64,000 nt of DNA from Podarcis muralis (lineage: Eukaryota), in assembly GCF_964188315.1 (NCBI RefSeq), contig NC_135667.1:8618001-8682000 (forward strand). Reading direction: 5' to 3'. Both the position numbers and the translations under genes were made by a program. Position 1 is the first letter of the stretch. The number at the start of each line of letters is the position of its first letter. Of this stretch, positions 46,301 through 58,847 are shown piece after piece. Below the pieces are notes generated by a model, which did no database searches, was not told where the DNA came from, and saw nothing but the letters and a program-made list of their open reading frames with translations.

Positions 46301-48572
46301 AAATGTTGGGATTCTCATTTATTTCTTTCACAGCAAATGCCAAGGCAAGGACGTGTTGGTAGAATTTTGTCACCACACTGCAAATAAAGTAAAGGAATTA
46401 AAGAAATGAATATACCGCAATATTCACATTCTTTTTCAAATTAATCGAAACCGAAAAGAAATGATTGGAAACCAAGCATTTTGGGGAGTGGTTGAAGGAG
46501 CTGGGTATGTTTATCCTGGAAAAGAGGAGACTGAGAGGAGATATGTTAGCCGTCTTCCAATATCTCAAGGGCTGTCACATGGAAGATGGAGAAAGCTTGT
46601 TTTCTCCTGCTTTGGAGGGTAGGACTCAAGACAATGGCTTCAAGATACAATAAAGGAGATTCTGAGTGAACATCAGGAAGAACTTTCTACAAGAGCACTC
46701 TGACTGCAAGAGTTGTTCACCAGTGCAACTGTCTTACTCTCCCTCCCTTTTTCTTTCTTCTGCCCCAACCTTACTCTGTATATAATGTCTCACATCAAAT
46801 GTAACTGTTCTGTAGAAAGAACTCTACAGCCTGAAAAAAAGGGACGATGCACATACTTTTGTAAACGAAGAAAATCTTTAATAAAAATTATTTAAAGAAA
46901 ACACTCAGTAGGGGATTGAAATGATGAATCCCTTAAGGGTGGAAAAACAGACATTTTTAAATTTATTTAAATCACTCCTTGTGAGCTAGTATGTTATTGT
47001 CTAATTGAGAGAAAAACTTAAAGTGTGGTTTTCCAATTGCCCACACTCAATCAATCAACATTTGTAACAAAAATAACTTACTAACCTGAGACCTGCATAA
47101 CAGTGCTAGGAGGTGCTATCTGGTGAAACTAAGGTGAAACTTAACTGTCAGACCCAACGTCTCCTACGTATATTTTTTGTCTGTCTCAAGAGAATGGAGT
47201 GCATCTCTGGGGTGAAGCCAAACTGCTGTATCAGCAGCCTTGCTGATGTGGTCCAAAGGAAAGCAGAGCTGTTATTGGACTTTGTTAAATAATTTTTATT
47301 AATTTTCAATTACTAAACAACAAAAAACAAAGGAAAACAGAGCAATACATTTAACATCAGTTTGGCTGTGGAAGTTGCAGGAAGGCATAAAAGGCGTAAC
47401 AATATTAGGGGCTCCACTCCAGTTTCATATAAGCTTTACTCCTTAGCCTTTTCTTCTTCTGAAGATATCTCACAGGGAAGCAGAGGTTAAGGATCAGCAT
47501 TTTTCTTCTCCCCAGTTTAACAAGCCCTGTCTGCCCCTCACTTTCCTCTACAGCAGGTGTATAAACGGCCATCTTGACCATTGGACCCACTCAATCTTTT
47601 CCACTCAATCTGCTGGAGCCTGTTTTCACAAGCAGCTGAAGTCTCTAACTCACAGAGGGTTTGAGACCCATCAGCAACACTCACCTTGTTTAGCCAGCCA
47701 GTTGAAGTCATTCCCAGGGTATGGTGGCTGTCGCATGGTGACAGCTGATAAGAGCCACAGGTGAAAAATGAGTGCAGGGTGGAGACCAAAGGTTGACAAA
47801 CAACCAAAGAAGGTGAATGATGTGTCCCCCAACAGAGGTACAACTCCTCTCCCAACACAGAGATATCTGCCCTCTCAGCAGAACAGACGTGACACCATCC
47901 ATCAATCAAAACCTACAAGCAAGGAATGGTGGCATCCGCCTATTTCTAAAACTAAAGTAACAAACAGTTCACCAACACACCCGAAAGGAAGACATGGAGG
48001 TCAATTGAAGTGGGAGCAGAGGAACAGATTTTATTAGATTGACACCTTGTGCTCCTAGTCAAAGGCTAATGGCAGCAGAGTTGTTGCAAGTGAAATCCCT
48101 GATCTTGTGCAGAGAAGAAATGAATAGGCTCTCCACCACAAGAAACAGCCTCAAATGTTTCAATGCAAACTGTCTTAAACTAGTTACAAAATAACTAAAT
48201 AACTAATAACTAAATAACTCTTCACATAAACAAATCTGCCACACCAGTGGATGAATATCAACAATGTGATGCTACCTTGTGTGAGGCTTGCAATCTAAAA
48301 GGCATGGCATAAGAGGAAAGGAAATTGAGAGAGATGTAGAGAGGGAAACAGTCTTACTGTGGAACCTCAAACAGATTCTGTGAAGGGGGCTCTTTGAAGA
48401 AAACTTCATAAAATACATAATAGATCTGAGAAACTATCCCACCGATGATGAGGCCACCTGGCTGGTACCCTTCATGTGGAACAGGAAATGGATCATTCAC
48501 AGGGCATGCCAAAGTATCTTCTTTGCATGCAACATGCGATTGCAGAAACAGAAATACCAAGAGCCACAACAT
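40386..48572 (-). CDS. V2R: Vomeronasal type-2 receptor gene E, complete 6-exon CDS (873 aa)
   Basis: Exons (minus strand): 48572-48358, 46377-46086, 45507-44647 (861 nt), 44359-44132, 43019-42893, 41284-40386. Total 2622 nt in frame with GT-AG introns. Confidence 0.93.
41912..42266 (+). mobile_element. Young Sauria SINE with about 15-bp TSD
   Basis: TSD tactatgaacgctgg at 41897-41911 and 42267-42281. Confidence 0.93.
42282..42632 (+). mobile_element. Older Sauria SINE directly downstream of the young copy
   Basis: tggcgctgtgg...ggtttgaatccc head, Sauria body, and caggggtccctttaccttcaccttta tail. Confidence 0.85.
43425..43487 (-). mobile_element. Short internal Sauria SINE fragment
   Basis: tatctacttgcactttaggagtgctttcgaactgctaggtgggcaggagctgggaccg matches the SINE body. 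Confidence 0.7.
45657..46064 (+). mobile_element. Solo LTR (Gypsy-like, second family) with perfect 5-bp TSD in intron 2 of gene E
   Basis: TGTCAGG...CATCACA ends, with TSD GCACC at 45652-45656 and 46065-46069. Confidence 0.88.
46465..46700 (+). mobile_element. CR1 LINE ORF2 C-terminal fragment
   Basis: [29 protein letters not shown]...LFS...[10 protein letters not shown] is the typical CR1 RT C-terminus. Confidence 0.85.
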
Positions 48573-49505
48573 TCTGCCGCTAGAAACGCTGAGCTTCCTG
48601 TGCCCATCAGTACCAGGTTCCTGTCTTGAACTGGCTACTGTGAATGATGCCTGGCTTTGCCAATGCAGTTCTACAAGAGAGCTCTGTGAGCTGTTTTTGA
48701 GAATCAGTGTCTTGGAAACAGGTGCCTTTAATAGATTGTCAACACTTTGATTTCAAGTCTGGCTGTTAATATGTCGTGGGGGAATCAGAAAGGCAACTGA
48801 TGAAGTATTGCCTATATTTTGCCCCTATTCCCAGCTCTCGATGGCACATGTTAATAATTTTCAGTCTTGCTTTTCAACTTTTTTAGTGCCTTCTTAAAAA
48901 CCAATCTGGCTTTGATTATGTGAGGAGATTATAGTGATTTGGATTATTGCAGGTTGAGATAATAAGTTGCTCAGGGTGGTCCCCCCCCCCCCCAGCGGCA
49001 CTTTTGGCAACAAGAGGCTGGTATTTGTGTGTTTCCCCAAGTCTCATCACGTTGCCTTTGCTCCTTTGTGGCACACAAATAGATGGCAATTGCCTTTCCG
49101 TTTTCCAATGTGAGTCAATGCCAGACTGAAGCCATTTTCTTTATGGCTGCAAGGCAGAAATTCCCAAACTATGATCACAGCCCGACTGAAGTTGCATCCA
49201 CACAGAGAATATTCTTCTACACTTTTTTTTAAAAAAAGTGTAGTCTAGGAAATGATAGTTATAGGCCAATCCTATACACAAAAGGCTGGTATAAAGGTAA
49301 ATTAAGCTGGGGAGAAAACCTGTTTGAAACACCATTCTGGAGCAGGGCTATTGCTGGCAGAGAAACCCAAACCTTGTATAAGGAAAAGAAAGCTTGAAAA
49401 TAGAGTTTAAATCCTTCCTGCAACAAAGGGACATTTTTAGTAACCACCTATATACTAAAACCCTTAATATATAACAAATCAATAGGACACAAACAAAGGT
49501 ATTTC

Positions 49506-52500
49506 TCAGTTCTTTCTCATTATTTGCTCCCTATGGTTCAGCTCAGGCTTCAGCAAAATGGTATAGCATTTAGGGGCAAAGATGCAGCCCAACAATCCAG
49601 CACTGGAGGACAAGATGGAGAAGATCTCCACCACCACCATGGATTTCCCTTTGGTGCTGAGGTATGTTGGGATAAAGGACAGCCAAACACTGCAAAACAG
49701 CAACATGCTGAAGGTGATGAACTTGGCTTCATTAAAACTGTCCGGTAATTTGCGAGCTGCAAATGCAACAATGAAGCTGGCAATGGCCAGGAGGCCCATG
49801 TAACCCAGGACACAGTAAAACAGGGTCACTGAGCCTTCATTGCACTGCACAATGGTTTCTTCCATTACTGAGTACATGTCTAGAGAAGGAAATGGAGGAG
49901 AAGTAATCAACCACACAGTACAAGTAATCACTTGAATGAGGGAACAGAAAAGGACAATGGAGTTGGTCAATCTTTTTCCCACCCACTTTCTCATACTGGA
50001 GCCTGGCTTAGTGGCCATGAAAGCTGCAACTACAGTGATGGTTTTGGCCAACACACAGGAAACAGCCAGTGAGAAGACGATGCCAAAAGTGGGTTGACGA
50101 AGAAGGCAGGTGACTTTCCCAGGTTTTCCTAGGAACAGCAAAGATGAGAGGAAGCAGAGCAGGAGGGCGATGAGGAGAATGTAGGTGAGATCCCTGTTGT
50201 TGGCTTTGACAATGGGTGTGTCTTTGTGTTGAATAAAAGTTCTTAGCACCAAAGCTGTGTTCAGGGAAAAAGAAAGAGCAACTAAGGCTAAGCTGACACC
50301 TAAAGGTTCCTCATAAGAAAGAAAGCTTATAGTTTTGGGGATGCATCCATTTTTCTTCTTATTTGGATACTGATCTTCTGGGCATCTGAAGCAGTCATCC
50401 ATATCTGAAAAACAGAATAAAGTCAAACTCACGTAGCAATTCATGTGTGCCTTTTGTCTACTGTATAACATTTCTGCTGAATCTTACATAGTTTTTTTTA
50501 AAAGTATTTTAAGGAGCCATGCTGTGCACCCAGCAGGGTGGTGGCCTTTGTCCAATGTCACCCAGATGGCAGAGTGAGTGGGACCTTGGTTTTTTGCGTT
50601 GACAGTTAACTGAGAAAAAAAAAGTACTCTGCTCCCATATTTAATTATATCCAGGCTAGAATACAATTTGCCTTTCATTTGGTGCCGTAGCCATTTTTAG
50701 GCATTCTAAAGCCTTTGTGGGCAGAAAAGCCATTAGGTAGAACCACATCCATAGGGATGTACCATAAAGGCTTTATAAAATGATAGGAGCAAGGAATGTC
50801 CAATCTTGCCTATCTCTCTCTGTCTTTGACACGCACCCACACGCATGCAGTTACCTACTGGGAATCTGGAAGCTTATCTTACCAAAGACAAAGGTCCAAC
50901 CTTGTTCAACTCTGAAGGGTGGAGAGTGCATCCGCAACATCAAGCAGAATGGCACTCAAGCAACAAGTGCTGCTTGGAATAATGACACTATATTAACCTT
51001 AGTACCATGCCATCCCCTCTTAAAAAGGTAAAGGTAAAGGACCCCTGAAAGTTAAGTCCAGTTGCAAACGACTCTGGAGTTTCCACTTCTCATCTTGCTT
51101 TACTGGCCGAGCGAGCCGACGTTTGTCCACAGACAGTTTTTCCGGGTCATGTGGCCAGCATGTCTAAACCACTTGACCAGAGCACGGAAATGCTGTTTAC
51201 CTTCCCGCCGAAGTGCTACTTATTTATCTACTTGCACTTTTTCGGCATGCTTTCTCTTACCTGAAGCATAATGACTAAAATTCTGGCCTAATTTCACCCA
51301 GGATGGACGTCTAGGTTGTCCCAGCTACCACATGATTCTCAAATATGCAATTTTTTCTACAATTGTACTACTTGTCAGTTTCTCTTAAATTATGTCTAGA
51401 ATGAAATCATTGGGGGGGGGCTTAATTTCAGATCCACATGCATGGGATTTCATCAGCTTTCTACCTTTTTGAAGTTTTTGATGTGAAGCTACTGGAAAGT
51501 AGCAACAAAATATTAACACTGCTCTGGGCTGGATATTGTGGTTATATGCACAACATATTATTTAAATTCTTTTCAACAGATATTTGCTGATCTTGTACAA
51601 TGAAACCTGTCTACCATTCTGGTTTGAAATCTTCCCTTCTGGACATGGAACACAATCATAGCAGCAAAATTTCTGCCCTTCCTTCCTTTTCTTCTGATGA
51701 CCAGGGCGGCAGTAGTCATTGCACACAGAGATAGGGATCACCTGTCAATAAACAGTAATGTAAAGTAATGTTCAGCCTCTGAACTTCAGATAAGAAAGCG
51801 GATCTCTCTTCACATAAATATCTACATAGGATGACTGCTTTGTATAAAGAACAGGTATTGGCTTATTTTTGTTAGGAAACCAGAAAAAAGAGACAATACA
51901 TTTGGCATGGATTAAACTAGGGCCTCTATCACTCTCCTAAACCTGTCAGGATTTGGTAAGCCCTTTTTGATTCACACTGCCTTTGAGTCATAAAACTCCA
52001 TGAAAGTGAAACAAGTCAACCTGAAAAGACAACCTTCTCTTCCCCACCGGCTTAAGAGGCCCATTGTAGAAGCCTCTTAAATCAGAATTCAACTGAGGAG
52101 CATATCACAATATCTTCTTACCTTTAATATAGACAGCTGTCAAGTGATGAGAAAGGCAATTCTCAAAATTATGTTGCTCCCGCCAGTAACGTGGGAAAGT
52201 GTGCCAACCCTACCTCTGACCCCTTTTCTATTGAAACAGAGACCACCCTTTCTTCTCTCATGAATCAATTTTATGTGGATCATCCTGAGCACTATCGTAC
52301 ACAGTAAATATTATTTCAAAAATTTATTTCAACTGGGAACATAGATTTGTTTGGCATGTTAATAATTTCATCTACCGCTATCCAGAATATTTCAATGGAA
52401 ATAGTAATGGTTATTTTGGATAATCTAAATGACCCATATGGAGAATGTGGGGCCCAGAAAAAAACCCTGCTCTCCAGACCTGATTAAAACCATTGTGCCA

Positions 52501-55500
52501 CATGATCTTGTCCTCGTGAATGATTAATTCTTTTCCATCTTCTGCATCAGAATCAACCCATCCAACCTTTACTCGAAGAAAGGACCTGTTTGGGAATGTG
52601 ACTGTATTCATGATGTCAAATCCACCTCCCATTTCTCTTTGATCAGTAAAGGATACAATTTCTCCGGCTGAGTTGTTAAATGAAATGTCATGAAGAACAG
52701 GGTGGAGCTAATAAAAAGAGAAAAGAGAGTAGAACTGAAAATAACATAATGTAGGTTTTGAACAAAATGCCATGATTTACAGAAAGCCTTCTTTATTAAT
52801 CTTATTTAGGTATAGTAAAATAGCTTCAGTTAACAAAGAACACGTATGAAAAATCAGTGATTTTGACACAACAGCTGGAGACTTTATTATGCATTCTCTG
52901 AATGCATAATATTATTTCTATCAACATGAATGCTATTTAAAATGCACACATTTGTCTTTTTTCAGTGAATAAGATTTGCAATAACATTTCAACAGCACTT
53001 CTGGATCAAAATATAATAGAGTAATAATAAATAAATGGTATTTCAACAGGCTGAAAGGAGCATAGTGTAAGACATTATAAATGAACTTGTTATTCCAAAT
53101 CATAACCAAAAAATACCATTTCCCCATAAATGTGTTAGGTTGGTCTATATGTATTCTTTCATAAGTTACTGTAATCATAGCTACTATGCACCAAATTTTC
53201 TCAGTCCATTCAGATATAGTAGGAGAAATGCTACTGTCCCCCATTTTTAGCAATATTACTATCCACAAAAGTAATAAAATTGCATAGTATTACTTTATTA
53301 TTTTCTGGAACAACATATTTTACATAACCAAGCAGAAATGTTTTAGGTTCCAAGGGTATGTTAAATCTTCTGTTGTACTAATGCAGATATAATAACTTTT
53401 TTCTCTTCAGAAGTTAAAAATGCATTGACTAAGGTATGCAATGCCATTTAACAGCATGTGTGGATGAAAAGTATGATTAAGTCTGCTTCAGTCCTATTTT
53501 TCTAGAATAAGAGGTGCCGGAACTCACCATGAACTCCTCCCTCTTTCTCTTAGAATGGCAATGGCACCCATCTGAGAGGTGTCAAATCTCACCTGAGATG
53601 TTCCTGAACCCACCTGAGACATGCCGGAACTGAGTGTCGGTGAGTTCCCCTGAAAAAAGCTGTGTTCTACTGGCCTTAAACTGTCAGGCGGCATTGTTGC
53701 TTGGTCACAGTCCCACATCTGTGGTCTGCTTTCCTTAAACTATCAGGCGGCGAGTGGGCAGCTTGGTTCAGGGGCAGCTTTTGGGCTGATTAAATGACCC
53801 CCGTGGGCCGCTTGTGGCCCATGGGCCTTAGGTTGCCAACCCCTGCCTTCATCTGTCAGGCGGCATTGCTGCTTGGTCACAGTCCCATGTCAGCGATCCT
53901 GTACTAATTTATTCATGAAAACAATATATTTTGTTTCTCTTCATTTTGGAAACATTACCTGCCAAGGCTCCAGATCTTGAAGTTTTAATCGTTTGCTTCT
54001 ACTCATTGCTTTCTGCTTGGATCTAGTTGAGTAAATGTTCTGCAAGGCATGAGCCACAGTATAGACACCATTGTAAATGCTGTAGCTGTGTCCAGTCATG
54101 GACATTTCAAATAGAGACCTTGGAAGGTTCTGCAACCTCTCCTCCCCAGTACACATGTCATTGACCTCCGCTGACGCATCAAGATTTGGAAATACACAGT
54201 CAAATGCTTGCTCCCAGAATTTCTTGAAAAAACCATCTCTTTCGCTCCAAGGCGGCTTTATGCTCTGAAGAAACTCTTGGAATGCTAGAAGATTTTGTGA
54301 GTGAATTGTGAAGGAAATGGCACCTTGGAAGAGCAGAACATTCCAAAACTTAAGAAAACCCATGGATACGAAATCAGTCTGGGCTGTAAAGATCCATACC
54401 TTTATAAATGGTGTGTTTTTCTTATTTGGAGGATCTGACAGAAATATAATAGTTCTCAGTGCTGTAATTGCTAGAGATTCTCCATAAACAATAAATGTAG
54501 TGACTTTATTATCTCTGATTCGTACATACATATTTAAAGCTATACCATGCATTTCATCCACATTATCAACGTGGAGTTGTTTTGGGATTCTTTGTGTGAA
54601 GGCTGAGCAAATTCCATTTTCAGAAAGCAATGGCTCCAGAATCTGCAAGAAATGTTCTCCACTGTTATCATTCAGAGCAAGGACTCCAACCCACGTCCAT
54701 CCAAAATGCTTAAGCAAGCGGATAATCCCAAGAAACTGGTGGGCTTCATTGGGCACCATGCGGTAAAAGGAAGGAACTTGACTTGCATCACTCTCCGCTG
54801 GGGGAAATGAACCATATGCAAACTAAAAGAAAATGTGAATATCTCAAATCATATGGAAAACATTCATCCTGTAGCATTTGGCTTTTTCTTCAACAAATTC
54901 TAAGCTTTCTTTTTTCTAATTGCACATTTTGATTTGAGCTGTGACTAGATCAGTCTCACATCCCTAAAAATAAAACAGAAAAAGAAATGTACAAGGAATA
55001 TGGGATAAAGATGTAGCCTTTTATATAACTAAATTTTAAATTCTTGATCCTGACTAAAACAGATCCATTAATTTTGTTGAGTCTGCTCTGAGTAAAACCA
55101 CTGAATAGAATACTTCCCAATATGTCTACTCTGTGTAGAACAAACATGGAAGTAACCCATAGAAGGATGAAGAAATAATTCCCATTGGCCCCTTCATACC
55201 TCTTACCTGTGGAATCTTATAGAGACCTAATGTGTCTGCCATATGGAAGGTGGTATCATGGCCAAGTCCTCCAATGATGGATATGAGGGTTTTCTTGGTG
55301 TCACATTTGTAGTTGGGGACAAATGTCCTCATTTTGAAGAGGAGGTCTAGAATCGTACGGTAGGTCATCCTTGCATCATAATAGCTGTCATAGATGTGGA
55401 AGCCAAGTGTGATATTGGGCAGGATATTGGGATTCTCATTGACTTCTTTCACAGCAAATGCCAATGCAAGAACGTGCTGATAGAATTTTGTCACCACACT

Positions 55501-55519
55501 GCAAATAAAGTAAATTAGT

Positions 55520-55562
<43 letters not shown>

Positions 55563-57139
55563 TGCAATACTGGACACATTCTGTTTCAAATTGAAATTAT
55601 TTTATTTGTGATTAATACATCAAATAATACATCTACTTCTGCTTCATTGACTATGCAAAAGCCTTTGACTGTGTCGACCACAGCAAACTATGGCAAGTTC
55701 TTAAAGAAATGGGAGTGCCATGCTCTCCAAAGAAAATCCATGTTTGATCAGGGCATTACTACTTTGTATGGCACTCTCTCACACTTGCTTTTCTTCTATT
55801 GCTTAACATTTCCATCTCGGTTGATCAAGGAAAAAAAACACCTAATCTGTATCTCCTTAAGTACGTGAGAACTTCATTTAACTGAAGAAATATGTTTTGT
55901 ACGGAGAAAGTGGCAATGTTAACCCTTATATAAAAGTTATATTGAATTCAATGAAGCTTGCTTCTCAGCAGAGAGTTGGGGTAAGGTGAGGAAAATTGCT
56001 TGCACATCAGAACCACAGAATTGATGTGTGTAGTCCACAGTAGCTAAACACAGTCATTGAGCCTTTGGGTGTCAGAAACAAAGGGGAGTCAGGTGGCATT
56101 GGATTTATCTTCTTACTGACGGTAAATTTTGCCTACTGTCTCTTTCCTGGCCTAATGCCCTGTCCATACAAACTTGTTCCATCTAACCTGACTCAATGCA
56201 ATTCAACCAATCTTCAGAACTCTCACATACACCCACTTAATGAACTTGCATTAAAACCCAGGGAGTTTCACCATGGAGCTTTTTCAGATCAGGAAAGAAG
56301 AAATGTTTTTCTGACATTTTCCTAATATTTAATGGAAATAAAAATATCCCTCAAGTAATCAAAACCCAGCACACATTGAAACTTTTAAACACCTAGAATA
56401 TGAGGGTAGTAAAACATAATACTCTTTTAAACAACAAGGAAGCTTTGGGGATATTGAAGGACAGTGTATGGTAGAGCTCTAGTTTTTTAATTTCTCTGCA
56501 ATGTAACCTTATCTATTTATTTACATTTTCACCCTTCTCTTCCCAACAAATACCCTTGGAGTAAATGTAATAAAAAATATGAAGACTCTTTCCCCATCCC
56601 TTTACAAAATAGAAATCATGTTTTACTATGGGAGAACAAAAGCCATATTTGCTGTCTGCAAACATAGTAGACTGTGGAAGACTCAGGAGGTGACTGAATG
56701 AGTCTCAGGAGTACATAAAGTTTCTTGTCAATCATTCAAACCATTTTTGACCTGTGAGGAAATATTGATTTAATAACTTTTTTATTCCACCATTCAGTCA
56801 AAATGTGGCTCCCACTGCAGCTTTGAAACATCATTGATAAGACAAGCCCTCCCTTTAGGATTCCTGCCTGAAAGACATGAGACAAAGGGAAAGGCAACCC
56901 AGAGGGGGAATGGGAAATTCTTACGATGAAACATCAAACAGGTTCTGTGATGGGTGTTCCTTGAAGAGAACATCAAAGAAAACGTAACAGTTCTGAGACA
57001 CAATCCCACCAATGATGAGGTCACCTGGCTGGTACCACTCATGCGGAATGGGAAAAGGATTATTCCTGGGGCACCGGGTAGAATTAGAGCTATTAGAAAC
57101 AGGAGTGATTTGAAATAGCATCACCAATAGCAGCAACAT
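49506..57139 (-). CDS. V2R: Vomeronasal type-2 receptor gene F, complete 6-exon CDS (874 aa)
   Basis: Exons (minus strand): 57139-56925, 55498-55207, 54822-53959, 52707-52480, 51741-51615, 50404-49506. Total 2625 nt in frame. Closest paralog of gene A, with shared intron sequence. Confidence 0.93.
51024..51255 (-). mobile_element. 5'-truncated older Sauria SINE
   Basis: aaggtaaaggtaaaggacccctg tail and a body through tatctacttgcac. The head is missing. Confidence 0.8.
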
Positions 57140-58129
57140 CCTAGCAGCATGGCTTGTCTCAGAGTTTGATTCTGCTGTGTGCATCCATAGCAGCTACCTT
57201 TAAAGAGGCTACATTCAATTATGCCTGGCTCAGTCAATGCAGCTCTATGAGGGACATTATGAGCTACATTTAATCAAAGTGATACAAATGCACTCCTTGA
57301 GTAGTAACAGAGATTATAATGTCGTAAATTGAATTGATATAGCCCTGCCTGACATTAGCCCCTCCATCCTCTCTCCATAGGTCATGGGCTTATTTTTTAT
57401 CATGTTCAGGCTTGCTTGTTGATTGTTTCCTTGTTCTTTCGGGAAACCATCTGGAGGTTTAACCTCGTGGGAGAAAGATGCAATAATTTAAGTAATTGCA
57501 GAATAGGAGTATTAATTACTTGTTCAGAGTTTGGAGTCTGAGTGACACTTTCCCTTTTTTGCTCCTAAAAACATATTCCCTTGGTGAGCTAACAGCAAAA
57601 GGAAGCTCAGAGTGAAGACACTGGTTCTGGGAAACAAAGCAGCAATGCTATATTTTTTTTGTTTTCAACTCCACTTCTCTTGCAGGATATTGGACTAAAT
57701 TCTCCTTAAGATTAAGCTATATTTAAAAACAACAACAACACACAATGTGCATGAGCAAGTTGCGCTGGTTTTAAGTTCATGTCAGCTTAATTCTAATGTT
57801 CTTTGTTAATGGGCTGTAGCTTACTTTGTATCAGTTGGTGGGACACCCAAACATGCACACCCAATTAAATTGGGAAAGCATTTTGCTGGCATGCTGTCAT
57901 ATTAAAGCACAGCACCAAAACCACACAAGACCATGGCATCTCAAAATGTGTGTTTTGGAGTGCCGTGCTCTTGAATGGGTCACATAAATCTCACGGAAGC
58001 ATGGCCCCAGAAGATGTGTATTCTGGTTTTGGTCAGCCTTTTAAGGTGTCACAAAACTCCATGCTGATCTTATTGCACTATGTTGTTTTTGTTAATTATA
58101 GCATTTAATTTTAAGTTTGTTAAAGGCTA

Positions 58130-58430
58130 AGGAGTAAACCCTACACAAATCCAAACTGGAGTCCCCAAGATGGTTGGATGGTGCCTTATACGCCTCCTTC
58201 TTGCATCTTCTGCAGTCAAGCTGGTACAAAACATATTGCTCTGCTTTCCTTTGGGCCACATAAGTGAGGCTGAGAGGGAGGGGTTCTTGTCATCTGGGAA
58301 GCCCAGGACCTCCACATACCCTGCCCAGGCTTGTGCCCCATGGAGGTAATTTTTGGTTCTGCTAGCACACTGGTTTGACTTCACCTCTGGAAGTGCACTC
58401 AATTGTTTCTTGAGACAGATGGATGCCAAC
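58130..58430. repeat. Interspersed repeat of uncertain class (possibly RTE/SINE-related)
   Basis: tttgggccaca...gggaagcccaggacctcca...gagacagatggatgcc resembles a common lizard repeat as recalled from memory. Family not assigned. Confidence 0.35.
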
Positions 58431-58486
58431 AATATCTTAGCCTGATTTATATGTATTCTTTTGTAAAATTAGTTTAATCATAGTTA

Positions 58487-58847
58487 AGGTAAAGGTAAAG
58501 GTACCCCTGCCCGTACGGGCCAGTCTTGACAGACTCTAGGGTTGTGCGCTCATCTCACTCTAGAGGCCGGGAGCCAGCGCTGTCCGCAGACACTTCCGAG
58601 TCACGTGGCCAGCGTGACAAGCTGCATCTGGCGAGCCAGCGCAGCACACGGAACGCCGTTTACCTTCCCGCTAGTAAGCGGTCCCTATTTATCTACTTGC
58701 ACCCGGGGGTGCTTTCGAACTGCTAGGTTGGCAGGCGCTGGGACAGAGCGACGGGAGCGCACCCCGCCGCGGGGATTTGAACCGCCGACCTTTCGATCGG
58801 CAAGTCCTAGGCGCTGAGGCTTTTACCCACAGTGCCACCCGCGTCCC
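58487..58847 (-). mobile_element. Young Sauria SINE with 14-bp TSD
   Basis: TSD tttaatcatagtta at 58473-58486 and 58848-58861. Confidence 0.95.

Noticed and set aside
45648-46376. 242-aa ORF fusing V2R exon 2 to a Ser/Pro-rich tail
   Set aside because: Read-through past a canonical GT donor into the antisense strand of a solo LTR. No evidence of a real protein, although intron retention cannot be excluded.
47520-48050. Several 60-120-aa ORFs in intron 1 of gene E
   Set aside because: No recognisable protein motif in any frame. Probably a decayed repeat.
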